DNA of 64,000 nt. Source: the human T2T-CHM13v2.0 reference genome, Homo sapiens. Both the position numbers and the translations under genes were made by a program. The stretch lies in the NCBI RefSeq assembly GCF_009914755.1, contig NC_060947.1; one strand, written 5' to 3'. Below the pieces are notes generated by a model. The model did no database searches. It was given only the letters and a program-made list of their open reading frames with translations, and was not told where the DNA came from. Below, piece by piece: positions 52,001 through 64,000 of this stretch (its first letter is position 1; each line of letters starts with the position of its first letter).

Positions 52001-55000
52001 AGATCCTGGCTTCGTTGATTTTTTTCAAAGGTTTTTTTGTGTTTCTGTCTCATTCAGTTCCACTCTGATCTTAGTTATTGCTTGTCTTCTGCTAGCTTTG
52101 GGCTTTGTTTGCTAGTTCTTTTAGTTGTAATGTTAGGGTGTTGAGTTGAGATCTTCTTAGCTTTTTGATGTGGGCATTTAGTTCTATAAATTTCTCTCTT
52201 AACACTTCTTTAGCTGCGTCCCAGAGATTCTGGTACATTGTCTCTTTGTTCTTATTGATTTCAAAGACTTCTTGATTTCAGTCTTAATTTCATTATTTAC
52301 CCAGGAGTCATTCAGCAGCAGGTTGTCAAATTCCAGATAGTTGTGTAGTTTTGAGTGAGTTTCTTAATCTTGAGTTCTAATTTTATTGCACCGTGGTCTG
52401 AAAGACTGTTATGATTTCAGTTATTTTGCATTTGCTGAGGAGTGTTTTACTTCCAATTATGTTATTGATTTTACAGTAAGTGCCATGTGGCACTGAGAAG
52501 AATGTATATTCTGTTGTTTTTGCATGTAACATTCTGTAGATTTCTATCAGGTCCACTTGATCCAGAGGTGAGTTCAAGTCCTGTGTATCTTTGTTAATTT
52601 TCTATCTCAGTGATCTACCCAATGTTGATAATGGGGTGTTAAAATCTCCCACTATTATTGTGTGGGAGTCTATGTCTCTTCATAGGTCTCTAAGAACTTG
52701 TTTTATGAGCCTGGGCGCTCCTGTATTGGGTGCATATATATTTAGGATAGTTAGCTCTTCTTGTTGAGTTGACTCCTTACCATTATGTAATGCTTTTCTT
52801 TGTCTTTTTTTTATCTTTGTTTAAAGTTTGTTTTGTCAGAAAGTAAGATTGCAATCCACGCTTTTTACTGCTTTCCATTTGCTTGGTAAATATTCTTCCA
52901 TCCCTTTATTTTGAGCCAATGTGTGCCTTTGCATGTGAGATGGGTCTCTTGAATACAGCACACTGATGGGTCTTGACTCTATCCAGCTTGCTATTCTGTG
53001 TCTTTTAATTGGAGCATTTCAACCATTTACATTTAAAGTTAATATTGTTCTGTGTCAGTTTAGTTCTGTCATCATGATGCTAGTTGGTTATTTTGCAGAC
53101 CTGTTGTTGTAGTTGCTTCATAGTGTCATTGGTCTTTGTACTTCAATTTGTTTTGCAGTAGCTGGTAACAGTTTTTTTCTTTCCATATTTATTGCTTCTT
53201 TCAGGAGCTCTTGCAAGGCAGTCCTGGTAGTGACGAACTTCCTCAGCATTTGCTTTTCTGAAAATGATTTTATTTCTCCTTTGCTTATGAATCTTAGTTT
53301 GGCCAAATATGAAATTCTCAGTTGGACATTCTTTTCTTCAAGGATGTTGAATATTGGCCCTCAAAATCTTCTGGCTTGTTTGGTTTCTGCTGAGAGTCCA
53401 GTGTTAGTCTGATGGGCTTCCCTTTGTAGGTGACCTGGTCTTTCTCTCTGGCTGCCCTTAACATTTTTTTTTTTCAATTTCAACCTTGGAGAATCTGATG
53501 ATTATGCGTCTTGAGGTTGATCTTTTCATCTTACTGAGATTTTCTGCATTTCCTGCATTTGAATGTTGCCTTGTCTTGTTAGGTTAGGGAAGTTCTCCTG
53601 GATGATATTCTAAAGTATGTTTAACAACTTGGTTCCATTCTCTTCATCTCTTTCAGATACCCCAATCAGTCATATGTTCTGTCTTGTTAGATAATCCCAT
53701 AGTTCTCAGAGGTTTTGCTTGTTCCTTTTCCTTTTTTTTTTTCTCTAATTATGTCTGCCTGTCTTATTTCAGCAAGATAGTCTTCAATCTCTGAAATTCT
53801 CTCTTCTGCTTGATCTAATTGTTTATTGATACTTGTGGTTGCATTGTGAAATTCCCGTGTTGTGTTTTTCAACTCCATCAGGTCATTTCTGTTCCTCTCT
53901 ACACTCTTTATTCTGATTAACAGCTCCTGTGATGTTCTATCATGGCTTTTAGCTTCCTTGCATTGGGTTAGAACATGCTTCTTTAGCTCAGCGAAGTTTG
54001 TTATTACCCACCTTGTGAAACCTACTTCTGTCAATTCATCCATCTCAGCCTCCACCCAGTTCTGTGCTCTTGCTGGAGAGGTGTTGCAATCATTTGGAGA
54101 AAATAGGCATTCTGGCTTTTTGAGTTTTCAACATTTTTTCACTGATTCTCATCTCTGTGAGTTTATCTAGCTTTGATCTTTGAGGCTGCTGACCTTTGGA
54201 TGGGGTTTATGTGGGGACATTTTTCTTGATGATGTTGTTGTTGTTGTTTTCCATTAGTTTTTCCTTTAATAGTCAGGCCCCTCTTCCATAGGGCTGCTTT
54301 GGTTTCACCTAGGTACCACCCTGCCCCTGCACCTGAAGGTGTCACCAATGGAGGCTGCAAAACAGCAAAGATAGCTGCCTGCTCCTTCCTCTGAGATCTC
54401 CGTTGCAGAGGGGCACTGCCCTGATAACGACAAAAATGCTCCTGTATAAAGTATCTAGCAACCCCTGTTGCGGGGGTTCTCGCCCAGTCAGGAGGCATGG
54501 GATCTGGGTCCCGCTTACTGAAACACTCTGGCTGCCCCTTGTTAGAGGGGTTGTGCTGCTCTGGGGGGAATCTCACTCATCTGGACTGCCCAGATTCCTC
54601 AGAGCCAGCAGGAGGAAAGACTAAGTCTGCTGATCTATGGAGATCGTGGCCACCCCTAACCCCCTGGCTGGAGTTGTTGAAATTCCTGCAGGGAAGCCTT
54701 GCTCAGTGAAGAGGGATGGGTCAGGGTTTGGCCTTAAGGGGCAGTCTGGCCACTGTCAGCCACAGCCACTGTGCTGCCCTTTGGGGAATTCCTCCTGGGT
54801 CCAAACCGTCCAGTCTCCCTGCCACCAGCAGGCAGCCACATTGATGACAGCTGCCCGCCACCCCTTCCCACCCTCCGAACTCAGTAGTGTTAGGCAGTTT
54901 CCAGCCGAGTGGTCACTGAGACTCTTCACAGCTTTGTTCTTGGGACCCAAGGCCCTGGTGGCATGGGCTCATGAGGGGGATCTTCTTATCCGTGGGTTGC

Positions 55001-55277
55001 ACAGATCTGTGGTAAAAGTGTGGTTTATTGGGCAGGGTAGCATGATCACTCACTGCCTTCCTTGGCTGGGGGTAAGAGTTTCCCTTGTCCCATGTAGCTC
55101 CCAGGTGGGCCATTGCACCACCCTACTTTTCCTCACTCTACATGGGTTGTGTCAACCACCTAGTCAGTCCCAATGAGAGAACCTGGATTCCTCAGTTGCT
55201 GGTGCAGGATTCACTCGTCATTTTTATTCTTCTTGGTGGGCACCTCTGACCACAGCTGTTTCTAGTTGGCCATTTTC
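49034..55277 (-). mobile_element. Full-length (~6.2 kb) L1PA11/12-like element, ORFs disrupted
   Basis: TSD AATATTGTT at 49025-49033 and 55278-55286; ORF1 fragments 53687-54055 and 53118-53306; ORF2 ~49262-53072 ([14 protein letters not shown]); 5'UTR ends rc AAAATGGCCAACTAGAAACAGCT. Confidence 0.95.
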
Positions 55278-55403
55278 AATATTGTTATTTAAATCTTCTA
55301 TATCATTACTATTATCTAATTAGTGTATCAGTTTACAAAAAAAGCCAAAATACTTATGATTGTGGATTTATCTAGTTTTTTCTTTAGTTTTGTACCTTTT
55401 TTG

Positions 55404-55439
<36 letters not shown>

Positions 55440-55450
55440 CCACACACACA
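55404..55450. repeat. (TA)n(CA)n microsatellite
   Basis: Direct reading. Confidence 0.9.
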
Positions 55451-55564
55451 TTCTAAATTCTTATAGAGAGAGCTAATATATATGTTAATGTATGTTAGCT
55501 ATATAATATATATACATTAGCCAATAAATCTATATCCATATCTATATTTATTTATCTATCTATA

Positions 55565-58517
<2,953 letters not shown>

Positions 58518-58723
58518 CAGAAGTTTTTTAAGTTCTAGGGTACATGTGCACAATGTGCAGGTTTGTTAAATAGGTATATATGTGTCATGTTGGTTTGCTG
58601 CACCCATTAACTCGTCATTTACATTAGGTATTTCTCCTGATGCTATCCTTCCCCCAGCCCCCCACCCCACAACAGGCCCCGGTGTGTGATGTTCCCCTTC
58701 CTGTGTCCAAGTGTTCTTATTGT

Positions 58724-62463
<3,740 letters not shown>

Positions 62464-62526
62464 TATGATGTTTACTGGTTATTTTGCCCGTTAGTTGATG
62501 CAGTTTATTCCTAGCATTGATGTTCT

Positions 62527-63533
62527 TTACAATTTGGCATGTTTTTGCAGCGGCTGGTATCAGTTGTTCCTTTCCATGTTTAGTGCTTCCTTCAGGAGCC
62601 CTTGTAAGGCAGGCCTGGTGGTGACAAAATCTCTCAGCATTTGCTTTTCTCCTTCACTTATGAAGCTTAGTTTGGCTGGATAGGAAATTCTGGGTTGAAA
62701 ATTCTTTTCTTTAAGAATGTTGAATATTGGCCCCCACTCTCATCCGGCTTGTAGAGTTTCTGCTGAGAGATCCACTGTTAGTCTGATGGGCTTCCCTTTG
62801 TGGGTAACCCGGCCTTTCTCTCTGGCTGCCCTTAATATTTTTTCCTTCATTTCAACCTTGGTGAATCTGACAATTATGTGTCTTGGGTTGCTCTTTTTGA
62901 GGAGTATCTTTGTGATGTTCTCTGTATTTCCTGAATTTGAATGTTGGCCTGCCTTGCTAGCTTGGGGAAGTTCTCCTGGATAATATTCTGCAGAGTGTTT
63001 TCCAGCTTGGTTCCATTCTCCGCATCACTTTCAGGTACACCAATCAAATGTAGATTTGGTCTTTTCACATAGTCTCATATTTCTTGGAGGCTTTATTCAT
63101 TTCTTTTTACTCTTTTTTCTCTAATCTTGTCTTCTCACTTTATTTCATTAATTTGATCTTCAATCACTGACACCCTTTCTTCCACTTGATTGATTTGGCT
63201 ACTGAAGCTTGTGCATGCATCACGTAGTTCTTGTGCCATGGTTTTCAGCTTCAACAGGTCATTTAATGTCTTCTCTACACCGTTTATTCTAGTTAACCAT
63301 TTGTCTAATCTTTTTTCAAGGTTTTCAGCTTCCTTGCGAAGGGTTTGAACATCCTCCTTTAGCTCGGAGAAGTTTGTCATTATCGACCTTCTGAAGCCTA
63401 CTTCTGTCAACTCGTCAAAGTCATTGTCTGTCCAACTTTGTTTCGTTGCTGGTGAGGAGCTGCGATCCTTTGGAGGAGAAGAGGTGCTCTTGTTGTTAGA
63501 ATTTTCAGCTTTTCTGCTCTGGTTTCTCCCCAT
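62527..63533 (-). pseudogene. L1 ORF1p, disrupted
   Basis: 63135-63533 N-terminus/coiled coil; 62874-63068 KRPNLHLIGVPE...QIQEIQRT. Confidence 0.9.
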
Positions 63534-64000
63534 CTTTGTGGTTTTATCTACCTTTGGTCTTTGATGTTGGTGACCTACAGATGGGGTTTTGGTATGGATG
63601 TCCTTTTTGTTGATATTGATGCTATCCCTTTCTGTTTGTTAGTTTTCCTTCTAACAGTCAGGTCCCTCAGCTGCAGGTCTGTTGGAGTTTGCTGGAAGTC
63701 CACTCCAGATCCTGTTTGCCTGGGTATCACCAGCAGAGGCTGCAGAACAGCAAATATTGCATAACAGCAAATATTGTTGCCTGATCCTTCCTCTGGAAGC
63801 TTCATCCCAGAGGGGCACCTGTCTGTATGAGGGGTCAGTCGGCCCATACTGGGAGGTGTCTCCCAGTCAGGCTACATGGGGGTCAGGGACCCACTTGAGG
63901 AGGCAGTCTGTCTGTTCTCAGAGCTCAAACGCCACACTGGGAGAACCACTGCTCTCTTCAGAGCTGTCAGACAGGGACATTTAAGACTGCAGAAGTTTTT

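Noticed and set aside
54163-55176. 137-aa and 179-aa ORFs (similarly 9862-10281, 41761-42192, 22880-23263)
   Set aside because: They lie in GC-richer L1 5'UTRs where stop codons are sparse; no domain recognised
63746-63780. AACAGCAAATATTG tandem duplication
   Set aside because: Recalled as a normal feature of L1PA 5'UTRs of this age

Overview
Primate (most likely human or great-ape) genomic DNA, AT-rich and mostly interspersed repeats. I found no host protein-coding exon, RNA gene, CpG island or CRISPR array; the recognisable ORFs in the track are L1, HERV-H or Alu remnants and the rest are short unsupported frames. Large elements, mostly on the minus strand: an L1PB with its 5'UTR (5.7-10.6 kb), a stack of nested L1 3' parts (10.6-14.5 kb), a HERV-H/LTR7 provirus with a 5-bp TSD (28.0-32.4 kb), a rearranged L1PA15/16-like element carrying a THE1 LTR (36.7-42.6 kb), a full-length L1PA11/12-like element (49.0-55.3 kb) and an L1PA6/7-like element running to the window end. 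Alus, MaLR/ERVL LTRs, MER58A, MER47, L2 and MIR relics fill the rest. Best leads: (1) the HERV-H lost its 5' LTR promoter, PBS and most of gag, while its 3' LTR has a perfect 66-bp duplication of the TATA/GC-box core promoter facing flanking DNA; (2) an ORF1 piece deleted from the L1PA15/16 is re-inserted inverted and circularly permuted; (3) a triplicated L1 target site; (4) a palindrome-rich AT expansion inside an MLT2 LTR. Subfamily names are from recalled consensus sequences and need RepeatMasker/Dfam confirmation. I cannot claim a novel biological system from sequence alone.
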